A program made the translations under genes and the position numbers. This document shows positions 1 to 13,738 of a stretch of 32,000 bases of DNA, one piece after another; the stretch's first letter is position 1, and every line of letters begins with the position of its first letter. The notes under the pieces were generated by a model. The model did no database searches and was not told where the DNA came from. It saw only the letters and a program-made list of their open reading frames with translations. The DNA lies in the NCBI RefSeq assembly GCF_000195955.2, contig NC_000962.3, forward strand, positions 4,260,001 to 4,292,000, given 5' to 3'. Source of the stretch: Mycobacterium tuberculosis H37Rv (GTDB lineage Bacteria > Actinomycetota > Actinomycetes > Mycobacteriales > Mycobacteriaceae).

Positions 1-1146
1 GACCGCGCTGCCGGCGATCACGGCCAGGATCGCGTCGCCGTCGCGGCGGGCGTCGTCGACCCGCTTGAGCACCAGCATGCCGCCGCCTTCGGAGCGGGTG
101 TAGCCGTCGGCGTCGGCTGAGAACGACTTGATCCGGCCGTCGGGCGCCAGCACCGCACCGATCTCGTCGAAACCCAGGGTGACCATCGGTGTGATCAACG
201 CGTTCACCCCGCCGGCGACCACTACGTCGGCCTCGCCGTTGCGCAGCGCCTGCACCCCCTGGTGGATGGCCACCAGCGAACTCGAGCACGCGGTGTCAAT
301 GGTGACCGACGGTCCGTGGAAGTCGTAGAAGTAGGACACCCGGTTGGCGATGATCGAGCTGCTGGTGCCGGTGATCGCATACGGGTGCGCGACCGTCGGG
401 TCCGACACCGCCAGGAAGCTGTAGTCGTTGGTGGAGCTGCCGATGTACACACCGACGGCCTGGCCGCGCAGGCTCGACGCCGGGATGCGGGCGTGCTCGA
501 GCGCCTCCCAGGTCAGCTCCAGCGCCATCCGCTGCTGCGGGTCGATGTTGTCGGCTTCGGTCTTGGCCACCGCGAAGAACTCCGAATCGAAGCCCTTGAT
601 GTCCTTCAGGTAGCCGCCCCGGGTGCGGGCCCCGGCGACCCGCGCGGCCAGCCGCGGCTCTTCGAGGAATTCCGACCAGCGCCCGTCGGGCAGGTCGGTG
701 ATCCCGTCGCGGCCTTCCAGCAGCGCCTGCCAGGTCTGCTCGGGGGTGTTCATCTCGCCCGGGAAGCGGGTGGACAAGCCCACGATCGCGATGTCGACGC
801 GCTCGGCCGGGCCGGTGCGCGACCAGTCTTCGGCGTCATCGCCCGCTAGGTCGGTCTCCGGCTCGCCCTCGATGATCCGGGTGGCCAGCGATTCGATGGT
901 CGGATGCGCGAACGCCACCGCGACCGACAGCGTGACCCCGGTCAGGTCTTCTATGTCGGCGGCCATCGCGACGGCATCGCGCGACGACAGACCCAGCTCC
1001 ACCATGGGCACCGATTCGTCGATCGAGTCCGGTGCCTTTCCGACGGCCTTACCCACCCAGTTGCGCAGCCACTGGCGCATCTCGGGGACCGTTAGCTCGG
1101 CCCTTTCGGCGGGGGCGTTCTCCTGGGATTCCGCTACGTCAGCCAT
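1..1146 (-). CDS. pks13: Polyketide synthase Pks13, N-terminal part (partial; continues beyond the left window edge). Covers the N-terminal ACP and the start of the ketosynthase domain.
   Basis: Not in the ORF track because it is open at the window edge. The reverse strand from ATG (1146..1144) reads MADVAESQENAPAERAELTVPEMRQWLRNW..., with LGLSSRDA (phosphopantetheine Ser) and DTACSSS (KS active-site Cys). It stays in frame to nt 1 (382 codons). It starts 7 nt after the fadD32 stop, the known fadD32-pks13-accD4 order. Confidence 0.93.
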   Translation of the reverse strand, partial: MADVAESQENAPAERAELTVPEMRQWLRNWVGKAVGKAPDSIDESVPMVELGLSSRDAVAMAADIEDLTGVTLSVAVAFAHPTIESLATRIIEGEPETDLAGDDAEDWSRTGPAERVDIAIVGLSTRFPGEMNTPEQTWQALLEGRDGITDLPDGRWSEFLEEPRLAARVAGARTRGGYLKDIKGFDSEFFAVAKTEADNIDPQQRMALELTWEALEHARIPASSLRGQAVGVYIGSSTNDYSFLAVSDPTVAHPYAITGTSSSIIANRVSYFYDFHGPSVTIDTACSSSLVAIHQGVQALRNGEADVVVAGGVNALITPMVTLGFDEIGAVLAPDGRIKSFSADADGYTRSEGGGMLVLKRVDDARRDGDAILAVIAGSAV

Positions 1147-1152
1147 GGGTCC

Positions 1153-3066
1153 TCAGTCCGAAGTGGCGAAGACCGTCGGGGAACCCACGCCACTGCGCAG
1201 GCTGCCGTCGAGGTAGGCCGCACGGCAGGCGCGGCGGCCGATCTTGCCGCTGGAGGTTCGCGGAATCGTGCCGGCCGACACCAGCAGGACGTCACGCACG
1301 GTCACCCCATGCCCGACGGCGATGGCCGCCCGGATGTCATCGACGATGGGCTGGTGGTCGAGCTTATGCGTGCCGGCCGCCCGTTCGCCGACGATCACCA
1401 GCTGCTCGGAGGTGTCCTCGGGGTCGAATTTCAGCCCGGCGTGCGAGTCGTCGAACACTGTCTGAGGAAGCTGGTTGGCCGGAACCGAGAAGGCCGCCGC
1501 GTAGCCAACCCGCAACGCCTTGGTCGACTCCTGCGCCGTGCACTCGAGATCCTGTGGGTAGTGATTGCGGCCGTCGATGATGACGAGGTCCTTGATCCGG
1601 CCGGCTATGTAGAGGTGGTCCTTGAAGTAGGTGCCGTAGTCGCCGGTACGCACCCACAGCGCGTCGTCTGGGGCGCCCTCGGCGCGCGACTCGCTGATCC
1701 GCGATTTGAGGATGTTCTTGAAGGTCTGGGCGGACTCTTCTTCTTTGCCCCAATAACCGGTACCCAAGTTGTTGCCGTGCAGCCAGATCTCACCGATCTG
1801 TCCGTCCGGCAGTTCGCTGGCCGTGTCGGCGTCGACGATGACCGCCCATTCGCTGACCCCGACCTTGCCCGCAGAGACCTGGGCGACGGCGTTGGGTGCA
1901 TCGGCGGCCACCTCAACGAACCGCTGGTTGTTCAGCTCGTCGCGGTCCACGTGGATCACGGTGGGCACCTCGTCCATCGGCGTGGTCGAGACGAACAGCG
2001 TGGCCTCCGCTAGCCCATAGGACGGCTTGACGGCGGTCTGCTTCAAACCGTACGGCGCAAATGCTTCGAAGAACTTGCGCATCGACGCCGGCGACACCGG
2101 CTCGCTGCCGTTGAGGATGCCCTTGACGTTGCTCAGGTCCAGCGGCGGCTCGTCGTCTCGAGGCACACCGCGCACCGCGGCGTGTTCGAATGCGAAGTTC
2201 GGCGCCGCAGAGAAGGTGCCACCGGTTTCTCCGGGCTTGCGGGCGAGCTCGCGGATCCAGCGACCGGGCCGCCGCACGAACGCCGCGGGCGTCATAAAGG
2301 TGAAGCTGTGGCCTAGCACCGACGCCAGCAGCACCGTGATCAGACCCATGTCGTGGAAGAACGGGAGCCAGCTGACCCCGCGGTCGCCTTCCTGTCCTTC
2401 CAGGGCATTGAGCACCTGCACCACATTGGTGGGCAGGTTCAGATGGGTGATCTGCACGCCGCTCGGTATGCGGGTGGAACCCGACGTGTACTGCAAGTAC
2501 GCGACGGTTTCCTCGTTGGCCTCGGGCTGCTGCCAGGTGGCGGCGACTTCGGTGGGCACCGCGTCGACGGCAATGACGCGCGGGCGCTCCTTGGCCGATC
2601 GGGCCCGGATGAACTTGCGGACCCCTTCGGCGGAGTCGGTGGTGGTCAGGATCGTCGACGGGGCACAGTCGTCGAGCACCGCGTGTAACCGACCGACGTG
2701 CCCCGGCTCGGCCGGGTCGAACAACGGCACCGCAATGCGGCCGGAGTAGAGGGCGCCGAAGAAGGAGATGAGGTAGTCCAGGTTCTGCGGGCACAGGATG
2801 GCGACGCGGTCACCCGGCTGGGTGACTTGCTGCAGGCGGGCTCCCACCGCACGGTTGCGCGCGCTGAAGTCAGACCACAAGATGTCGCGCGCGACACCGT
2901 CTCGTTCGGTGGAAAAGTCCAGGAACCGGTAGGCCAGCTTGTCGCCACGAACCTTCGCCCACTTTTCGACGTGACGAACCAGGTTGGTGTTGGCTGGGAA
3001 CCTGATCTTTCCATTCACGATGAACGGGTTGTGGTACGCCATCCCACTCTCTCCTGTCACAAACAT
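1153..3066 (-). CDS. fadD32: Fatty-acyl-AMP ligase FadD32 (activates meromycolate for Pks13)
   Basis: 637-aa ORF with the AMP-binding motif [12 protein letters not shown]. Recognised as FadD32. A second in-frame ATG at 3042 is preceded by AGGAGAGAG, so the true start may be 3042 (see findings). Confidence 0.95.
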
Positions 3067-3212
3067 CTCGGCCGGCTCTGCCGGCGGCCACCGGGTGTCG
3101 GCTCCGCCAACGGGTTACCCGCGCACATCAACCCCTACCGCGCTCACGTCGGCGAACGCAGTTTGCAGCCAGCTTTGACCCGACTGGGTCCTGCACATGC
3201 TCTTAGTTTTCT

Positions 3213-3224
3213 CTTAATGTTAAG
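3213..3224. promoter_or_regulatory. Candidate operator: inverted repeat CTTAA-TG-TTAAG in a local AT-rich patch upstream of fadD32
   Basis: CTTAATGTTAAG (the arms CTTAA and TTAAG are reverse complements) lies inside tcttagttttctcttaatgttaag. This is the only AT-rich stretch in the 288-bp Rv3802c-fadD32 spacer, about 150 nt upstream of the fadD32 start. No known regulator is assigned by me. Confidence 0.2.
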
Positions 3225-3354
3225 GGCCGGTGCCTGACAGACCAAATCACAAGGTACCGCTGTTCGAGGCCGCCATCAACGTACGCGGGGCGGTGTCGAG
3301 TCGCCCGGTTCATCGGTGGACCGCCGCCTAGCGTCCATCGTCCTCGGGGAAATA

Positions 3355-4365
3355 TCACCTATGTTTGGGGTGGGGCGCATTTTCGATAAGTTGATGCGCC
3401 CAGTTCAACGTCCACTCGGTCGCCGGTTCTCCATCGGAATTCCAGAATTCGGGTGTCGCATACATAGCATGGACCGGCTGGCCGGCGCCGCCGGCCAGGG
3501 TGTTCAGCGTAGTCGGCAAGTTGGCGGGACTGAACGCCTGTGCCGGGGCCGCACAGATCAGGTCGCCCTGGGCGCAGATCTCGTTGGTCCGGCCGTCGAG
3601 CGCACCAAAACCGCCCGGCCGCGGGCCGGTCATAGTCAAACCAAGCCCGGACAACACTGGGACTTCGTGCAGGGTGATCTCGGCGCCTTCGCCGCGCGGG
3701 CTAGGCGGGACCTGATTACCCACCCCCTGCTGACGACGACCGTCGGCGATCAGCGTCACGCCTAGTACTAGGTCCTCGTCCACGGGTCCCCGGCCGTTGC
3801 CGATATCGCTAGCCACGTCGCCCGCGATCACCGCGCCCTGCGAAAACCCGATCAGCACATAGCTGGTCAACGGGCACCTGTTGTTCATATCGGTCATCGC
3901 TGCCACCATCGCGCGGGTGCCCTCTGCCCGGCTGTCGTTGTACGACATCTGATTATCCGTGGTCAGCGGATTGTGGAATTGGGCCGTGTAGGCAACTGTG
4001 TAGGTCTGCACCCGGGCGGGTGCGAATTGCTGGGCGATCGGCCCAGTTACCTTGAGCAGCAACGCCTTCGGAAACTGCACCGGATTCAGTGGGTTCTGCT
4101 GCGGCGATGACTCCCAGGTTCCGGGAACCGAGATCATCTGCACGTCGGGGCAGGACGCATCCTGGAAGGCCGGTCGGGGTTTGTGCGGATGTGCTGGGGT
4201 GGGCCCCGGTGGTAAAACTCCTGGCGGCACCGCGCTGGGCGGCGATTCGGCGCCGCGCAGCATGATCACCACGGCCACGATGACCAGCGCTACGACGGAC
4301 GCCATCGCGCCCGCCGCTATCCAGGCAAGGATTCGGTGGCGCTTACGCCGAGAGTTCTTGGCCAT
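3355..4365 (-). CDS. culp6: Cutinase-like serine hydrolase (phospholipase/thioesterase) Rv3802c, membrane-anchored
   Basis: 336-aa ORF with an N-terminal basic stretch plus a TM helix ([30 protein letters not shown]). It has the GFSQG nucleophile elbow, and AGGAG sits 5 nt upstream of the ATG. Recognised as Rv3802c. Confidence 0.92.
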
Positions 4366-4562
4366 GTTCTCCTGCTAACAGAGTCGGTAGCGCACGCGAA
4401 AGGGGTGCACCCGCGCCGCGCGATAGCGCGGCCATCCCGCCCGTTGCCGCACTCCCTCTACGGTACCGGCCCGCTACGCGGCTTCGCCCGAGTCGCGATG
4501 TCGTGCACGTCTGCCGCAAGGATCATCCGATAGCGGCCAGGCAGCTCGCATCGGCACCTGGC

Positions 4563-5462
4563 TTAGCGGATCGCACCGACGATATCGCCCGACATAGCGC
4601 CCAGCTGGGGCGCCCACGAGCCCCAGCCGTTGTCACCGCTGGCTGGGAAGTCGAAGTGTCCGTTGTGCCCGCCGACGCTGCGATACTGGTTGTAGAACAT
4701 GCGGCTGTTACCCATCGCCTCGGCGGCTTGGCCGATCATGGCGGCGGGATCGCTGGCTCCCGGGTTGGTCGGGCTCCACACCCACACCCGGGTGTTGTTT
4801 TGCGCCAGCAGGCTGGCATGCACCCACGGGTCGTGCCACTTCCACCGACCCAGCTGTGGTGCTCCCCACATTCCGTTGGTGTCCACACCGCCGAATTGCT
4901 GCATGCCCGCCGCGATCGCACCGTTGGTGGTGGTGTTCGACGGGTACAAAAAGCCCGACATCGAGCCAGCGAAGCCGAAGCGGTCGGGGTGGAAGGCCGC
5001 CAGCGCCATCGCCCCGTAACCGCCCTGAGCGGCGCCAACGGCCGCATGGCCACCGGGGGCCAAGCCCCGGTTAGCGGCCAGCCAGTCGGGCAGCTCAGCG
5101 GACAAGAAGGTGTCCCACTGCTTGCTGCCATCCTGCTCCCAGTTGGTGTACATGCTGTACGCACCACCGGCCGGTGCCACCACCGAAATCCCCTTGCCCG
5201 CCAACGTGTTCATCGCGTTACCCGCGGTGACCCAGTTACTGACATCCGGGCCGGCGTTGAAGGCGTCCAGCAGATACACCGCGTGCGGCCCACCGGCTAG
5301 GAAGGCCACCGGGATGTCCCGGCCCATCGAGGGCGACGGCACCATCAGGTTCTCGTATGGGGCGGCCTTGGCGGTGGGTTCCGCGGCTACCGCGACACCG
5401 CCCAACCCGAATGACAGTGCGGCAATCCAGAGCGCCCGCAGCAGCGCCGACCGACCCTTCAT
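4563..5462 (-). CDS. fbpD: Antigen 85-family protein FbpD / MPT51 (secreted, non-catalytic paralogue)
   Basis: The start is taken at MKGRSALLRALWIAALSFGLGG (signal peptide, GGAGG 7 nt upstream), giving 299 aa. The ORF-track start at 5495 is an 11-codon upstream extension. It is colinear with FbpA, but the nucleophile motif reads GAAQGG instead of GLSMAA. Confidence 0.93.
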   Translation of the reverse strand: MKGRSALLRALWIAALSFGLGGVAVAAEPTAKAAPYENLMVPSPSMGRDIPVAFLAGGPHAVYLLDAFNAGPDVSNWVTAGNAMNTLAGKGISVVAPAGGAYSMYTNWEQDGSKQWDTFLSAELPDWLAANRGLAPGGHAAVGAAQGGYGAMALAAFHPDRFGFAGSMSGFLYPSNTTTNGAIAAGMQQFGGVDTNGMWGAPQLGRWKWHDPWVHASLLAQNNTRVWVWSPTNPGASDPAAMIGQAAEAMGNSRMFYNQYRSVGGHNGHFDFPASGDNGWGSWAPQLGAMSGDIVGAIR

Positions 5463-5582
5463 GTGTCCACCTCCGTCGTGTAAGGCTGTGTGCACCCGGC
5501 GTCAGACCGCCCCGGCCAACCCCTAGCCCGTCAGGTAGCTAACCACACGGCCCGCGGCGGGAGCTAGGGACGGGATTTAGGA

Positions 5583-5627
5583 AACATCTAGCGGCGGCGA
5601 CCACAAGGGTCACCGCCGCTAGATGTT
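5583..5627 (-). terminator. Strong stem-loop immediately downstream of the fbpA stop (probable fbpA terminator / fbpA-fbpD insulator)
   Basis: AACATCTAGCGGCGG (5583-5597) is a perfect 15-nt reverse complement of CCGCCGCTAGATGTT (5613-5627). There are 4 further inner base pairs (GACC/GGTC) around a 5-nt loop. It lies 15 nt past the fbpA stop codon (5642-5644). There is no clear U-tract, which is common in mycobacteria. Confidence 0.6.
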
Positions 5628-5641
5628 GTGTCTGTTCGGAG

Positions 5642-6715
<1,074 letters not shown>

Positions 6716-6952
6716 TTAGGTCAGACTGCAGGCGCTGGGCCCGGCAGTGCTCGTGTAGTCAACCACAACTTCGGGCGTCCACCCGCATCAAGCGCACCGC
6801 CGAAACCCTTATCCGGCGGTCGTTCACGGCCAATTCGGGACCGACGCGACGGCCTGAAGGTGGCATTTCCGCAGTGTCTGGGCATGTGTCGACCGCTAGT
6901 GCCGGCTCAATTGTGATCTTGCTGTCAGTATTGCCCCCGCGCTCATTGCCCC

Positions 6953-8836
6953 TCACTCCCGCGGTGGCGGGCCGGGCCCGTCGGGAACATCGAGCCCACA
7001 CCGGACCAATTCATAGCGCGGAACGCGGTCGATGCGGTAACGGGTGAACTCGTAGGAATGCAACACGTTGGAGAGGAATCGGTGCAGGGTGATCGGGGCG
7101 CGCACAGAATTAAGCACCGCCCGAGTCGCGGGGCATTGCAGGGCCGCTTCGGCTTGCGTGACCCACTGCTGGTCGATGTAGCCGGGAATACCCGGGTACC
7201 ACTTCACCCAGGGTCCGTCGGCGATCACCCAGTCCGGGAACAGATTCTTGTCATGGCCGATACGGGCATGCTTCAGCCGCTCGGTGTGCGCGGCCAATGG
7301 GTTTACCAGCCCGATTTGGTCGATCACCCGGACATCGAGCCCGACGTTCATGCCTAGCATGCCCATGTTGGTGAAAAACACTGCGTGCTGCGGTTTCGGC
7401 GCCGGCTTGCCACCCGGCGCGGTCCCCGACGAGGGCCGGATCATCGGCACCAGGTCCCACTGGTTGTAGTTGCCCGACGGCAATAGCAACGCCCCTTCCG
7501 GGGTGTTGTTGAGCGCTGTAAGCACGGCAGCCATTCGCGGGTAATCGAGGTAGTCCGCGGCGGTCAGCGGATGCGCGTGCCCGGTGGCCTGGGCGTAGAA
7601 GCGGCGCTCGTCGACGATGCCCGAATAGGTGACCCGGGTGGCGTCGTCACCCATGCCCGGCGAGTTTGCCGCCCACAGCGACCAACCCGCGATCCCCAGC
7701 CAGAGCCCGCTGAGCGCGCCGACTAGCCAGCGACCGGTCTCCCGCGAAAAGTCCTTACCGTCGGGCAGCAAAATAGGAATGACCCCCACCGGGGCCAGCA
7801 AACAAAACAGCGGCGCCAGCAACACCCGGCCGTGCATAAAGTCGCCGCCTTGCCGAATCCAGTACAGCGCCTGCAGCACGCCGCTGCCGACGATGAAAGC
7901 CACCACGGCCGGCGGACTTTGCACCGCCCGGGCCACCCGACCGTAGTCGGGTGCCAGCACGGGACGCAGGAACGACGGCCGGCGGCGCGCCGTCATCAAC
8001 AGCAATCCCAGCGGCACCGACAGCACCAACGGCACCCACAGTGCGTACGGCCGGTTGAAGTTCGACACGTAGATCATGCCTTGCGACCACTTGTCGCCCG
8101 CGGCATCCTTGGCCAGCGCGGTACTCGGAACCAGCAGTCCGTAATAGCCCATCCGGAAGATCTGGTAGGCCACCGGCAAGAATCCGCCGGCCAGCACGAT
8201 CAGCACGCGGCGACGCCAGGTCCGCGCGGCGATCAACATCATGATCAGCGCCAGCCCGCCGATCAGCGCGAATTCCGGCCGCACTAGCACGCTGCATCCG
8301 GCGACGAAGGCCAACGCGCCGAGGAACATCTGGCTGTCCGGGCGGGCCCGCAGCGGCTGTGACCAGCAGACCATCATCCACCACAACAGCCCCAGATAGG
8401 CCAACACCAGCCCGCTCTCCAGGCCGGAGGTGGCGAAGTCGCGGGCCGGTGGCACCGCGATATATACCAGCGCCCCGGCCGGAAGCATGATCGCCCGACG
8501 GCCCCGCAGGCTGGGTGCGTACAACCGGCCGGTCCCCAGCATGAGCAGCACCATTCCCAGCAGCGAAAGCACCATGGCCAGGGCCAACGCCACGTACTCC
8601 AGGCGCATCGGCCCGCCCACCCAGCCGCCCACATACAGCAGATACGTCCACGCTGTCGAGGTGTTCGCTTCGACTCGCTCGCCCTGGTTGAAGACCGGTC
8701 CGTTGCCGGCCAATAGGTTGCGTACCGTCCGCAGGACGATCAGTCCGTCGTCAGCGATCCAGCGACGTTGCCAGCTCCCCCAGCCGAACAGCACGGCGAC
8801 CGCCGTCACCGACAGCCACAAGCTGACCCGGACCAT
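6953..8836 (-). CDS. aftB: Terminal beta-(1->2) arabinofuranosyltransferase AftB (GT-C, polytopic membrane protein)
   Basis: The start is taken at MVRVSLWLSVTAVAVLFGWGSW, giving 627 aa (matches my recollection of Rv3805c). It has multiple TM helices followed by a C-terminal soluble domain. The ORF stays open 38 codons further upstream, to 8950. Confidence 0.9.
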   Translation of the reverse strand: MVRVSLWLSVTAVAVLFGWGSWQRRWIADDGLIVLRTVRNLLAGNGPVFNQGERVEANTSTAWTYLLYVGGWVGGPMRLEYVALALAMVLSLLGMVLLMLGTGRLYAPSLRGRRAIMLPAGALVYIAVPPARDFATSGLESGLVLAYLGLLWWMMVCWSQPLRARPDSQMFLGALAFVAGCSVLVRPEFALIGGLALIMMLIAARTWRRRVLIVLAGGFLPVAYQIFRMGYYGLLVPSTALAKDAAGDKWSQGMIYVSNFNRPYALWVPLVLSVPLGLLLMTARRRPSFLRPVLAPDYGRVARAVQSPPAVVAFIVGSGVLQALYWIRQGGDFMHGRVLLAPLFCLLAPVGVIPILLPDGKDFSRETGRWLVGALSGLWLGIAGWSLWAANSPGMGDDATRVTYSGIVDERRFYAQATGHAHPLTAADYLDYPRMAAVLTALNNTPEGALLLPSGNYNQWDLVPMIRPSSGTAPGGKPAPKPQHAVFFTNMGMLGMNVGLDVRVIDQIGLVNPLAAHTERLKHARIGHDKNLFPDWVIADGPWVKWYPGIPGYIDQQWVTQAEAALQCPATRAVLNSVRAPITLHRFLSNVLHSYEFTRYRIDRVPRYELVRCGLDVPDGPGPPPRE

Positions 8837-8924
8837 GGGCTCATACGGAAACACCGGCCGACCGACCCGCCCGACCACCGGCCGGCGGGGCAGCACCCCG
8901 ACTGGGAGGACGTTGAGCTTGAGG

Positions 8925-9833
8925 CTAGCCGAAGGCAACAGCGGCCCCAACCGTTGCTATCCACGCCAGCGCCAGCAGCTGCAATACCCGGTCACGCAGC
9001 GCGATATCTTCCGGCTCCCCGGCCAGGCCGCCATCGACGTCCACCGCGTAGCGCAGGATCGCGATGGTGAACGGAATCATCGACACCGCGAACCAGGACC
9101 CGCTGTAGCCGTCGCGCTCGAAAGCCCACAGCCCGTAGCACAAGACCACCGCGGTGGCCGACAACGTCCAGACGAACCGCAGATAGGTGCTGGTGTAGCT
9201 TTCCAGCGACTTGCGGATCGCAGCGCCGGTGCGTTCGGCCAGATGCAGCTCGGCGTAGCGCTTGCCGGCCACCATGAACAGCGAACCGAATGCCATGATC
9301 AGCAAAAACCACTTGGACAGCGGGATTTTGGTGGCCACGCCCCCGGCGATGGCGCGGATCAAATACGCCGACGACACGACGCAGATTTCCACCACCGCTT
9401 GATGCTTGAGACCAAAGCAATACGCCAACTGCATGGCGAGGTAGACGACCATTACCAGCGCCAGGTTCGGGGTCAGCATCCAGGCACCGGCCAGCGATGT
9501 CACTCCCAGTACCACCGCCACGGTGTACGCCAGCCACTCGGGCACCACGCCGGCGGCGATCGGCCGGAACCTTTTGGTGGGGTGCTCCCGGTCTGCCTCG
9601 ACGTCACGCACATCGTTGACGAGGTACACCGCCGAGGCGGCCAGGCTGAACACCACGAAGGCCATCGACACCTTGCTGAGCACCTCGACGTAGTCGTAGC
9701 GGACACCGCCGCCCAACGCGGCCAGCGGCGCGGCCAGCACCAGCACGTTTTTCACCCACTGGCGCGGGCGGATCGCCTTGACCACCCCGGCGACCAGGTT
9801 TGCCGGAGGTTGAGTCACCACATCTTCACTCAT
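8925..9833 (-). CDS. ubiA: Decaprenyl-phosphate 5-phosphoribosyltransferase (DPPR synthase), UbiA prenyltransferase family
   Basis: 302-aa polytopic ORF with NDVRDVEADREHP (the NDxxDxxxD motif of UbiA-family enzymes). Recognised as Rv3806c. Confidence 0.94.
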   Translation of the reverse strand: MSEDVVTQPPANLVAGVVKAIRPRQWVKNVLVLAAPLAALGGGVRYDYVEVLSKVSMAFVVFSLAASAVYLVNDVRDVEADREHPTKRFRPIAAGVVPEWLAYTVAVVLGVTSLAGAWMLTPNLALVMVVYLAMQLAYCFGLKHQAVVEICVVSSAYLIRAIAGGVATKIPLSKWFLLIMAFGSLFMVAGKRYAELHLAERTGAAIRKSLESYTSTYLRFVWTLSATAVVLCYGLWAFERDGYSGSWFAVSMIPFTIAILRYAVDVDGGLAGEPEDIALRDRVLQLLALAWIATVGAAVAFG

Positions 9834-9839
9834 CCGAGC

Positions 9840-10337
9840 TCATCTCTTCCGGGCCCTTTGCCGGCCCCCGCCGACGCTGTCCACGATGGCCCCGACGGTG
9901 GCGCCCAGAGCAACACCCACGGCCACATCACTGGGGTAGTGGACCCCCAGCAGTATTCGCGACAGCGCCATCGGCGGCACCAGCACAACCGGTAGCGGCA
10001 GCCCGGTGGCTCTGCCCATGAGCAGGGCCGCGGCCGTGGTCGAGGTGGCGTGTGCCGACGGAAAGCTCAGTTGACTTGGCGTGTCCACGTTGACCGCGAT
10101 GGCCGGATGATCCGGCCGCTGACGCCGCACCAGCCGCTTGATCAGCACGGCGATGGCATGGGCGACGAACGCGCCCGCCCCCGCCACAAGCCATTCCCGG
10201 CGGCGCCGTGGCAGGGCTATCGCGCCCAGCAGCGCCAGGATCAGCCAACCGATGCAGTGCTCGCCGAAGTGGGAGAGTCCGCGCGCAGTGGCCAGCATCC
10301 CCGGACGGTCGACCAGCGCCGACTGCACGGCCACCAT
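9840..10337 (-). CDS. PAP2-family phosphatase (decaprenylphosphoryl-5-phosphoribose phosphatase, Rv3807c)
   Basis: PAP2 tripartite motif: KRLVRRQRP ... SFPSAH ... SRILLGVHYPSD. The 165-aa form starts at MVAVQSAL (10337). An upstream ATG at 10373 would give 177 aa and an 8-nt overlap with the glfT2 stop. The start is uncertain. Confidence 0.85.
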   Translation of the reverse strand: MVAVQSALVDRPGMLATARGLSHFGEHCIGWLILALLGAIALPRRRREWLVAGAGAFVAHAIAVLIKRLVRRQRPDHPAIAVNVDTPSQLSFPSAHATSTTAAALLMGRATGLPLPVVLVPPMALSRILLGVHYPSDVAVGVALGATVGAIVDSVGGGRQRARKR

Positions 10338-10365
10338 CACGGCGACTTCGCCGCGTGGCGCCCGT

Positions 10366-13523
<3,158 letters not shown>

Positions 13524-13738
13524 TCATGGCCCGAACGGGTTTCACCGCAGGTGCGCATGGCCGACCAGTGTGGTTGGCCGGAGGTCGTTTGGTCGCGATT
13601 GCCTCACGATTCGATATAACCACTCTAGTCACATCAACCACACTCGTACCATCGAGCGTGTGGGTTCATGCCATGCACTCGCGACCGCGGGAGCCGGCGA
13701 ACCCGGCGCCACACATAATCCAGATTGAGGAGACTTCC

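Noticed and set aside
128-1580. Several plus-strand ORFs (262-849, 623-1216, 1032-1580) at the left edge
   Set aside because: They lie antisense to the pks13 N-terminus and the fadD32 C-terminus, whose translations carry unmistakable ACP, KS and adenylation motifs. The track simply omitted the edge-truncated pks13 frame.
4415-4432. Small GC hairpin GCCGCGC-GATA-GCGCGGC between fbpD and Rv3802c; a second 6-bp stem lies at 4537-4563
   Set aside because: They could be an fbpD terminator. However, 6-7 bp GC stems occur frequently by chance at this GC content and no U-tract follows, so the evidence is too weak to call as a feature.
4503-5300. 265-aa plus-strand ORF antisense to fbpD, and similar ORFs (5693-6304) antisense to fbpA
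   Set aside because: They mirror secreted antigen-85 genes that have signal peptides and SD sites. The antisense translations have no motifs.
8430-9995. 521-aa plus-strand ORF antisense to aftB and ubiA
   Set aside because: It is entirely antisense to two strongly supported membrane-protein genes. Its translation is Arg/Pro/Gly/His-rich with no motifs. Long antisense ORFs are expected by chance at this GC content.
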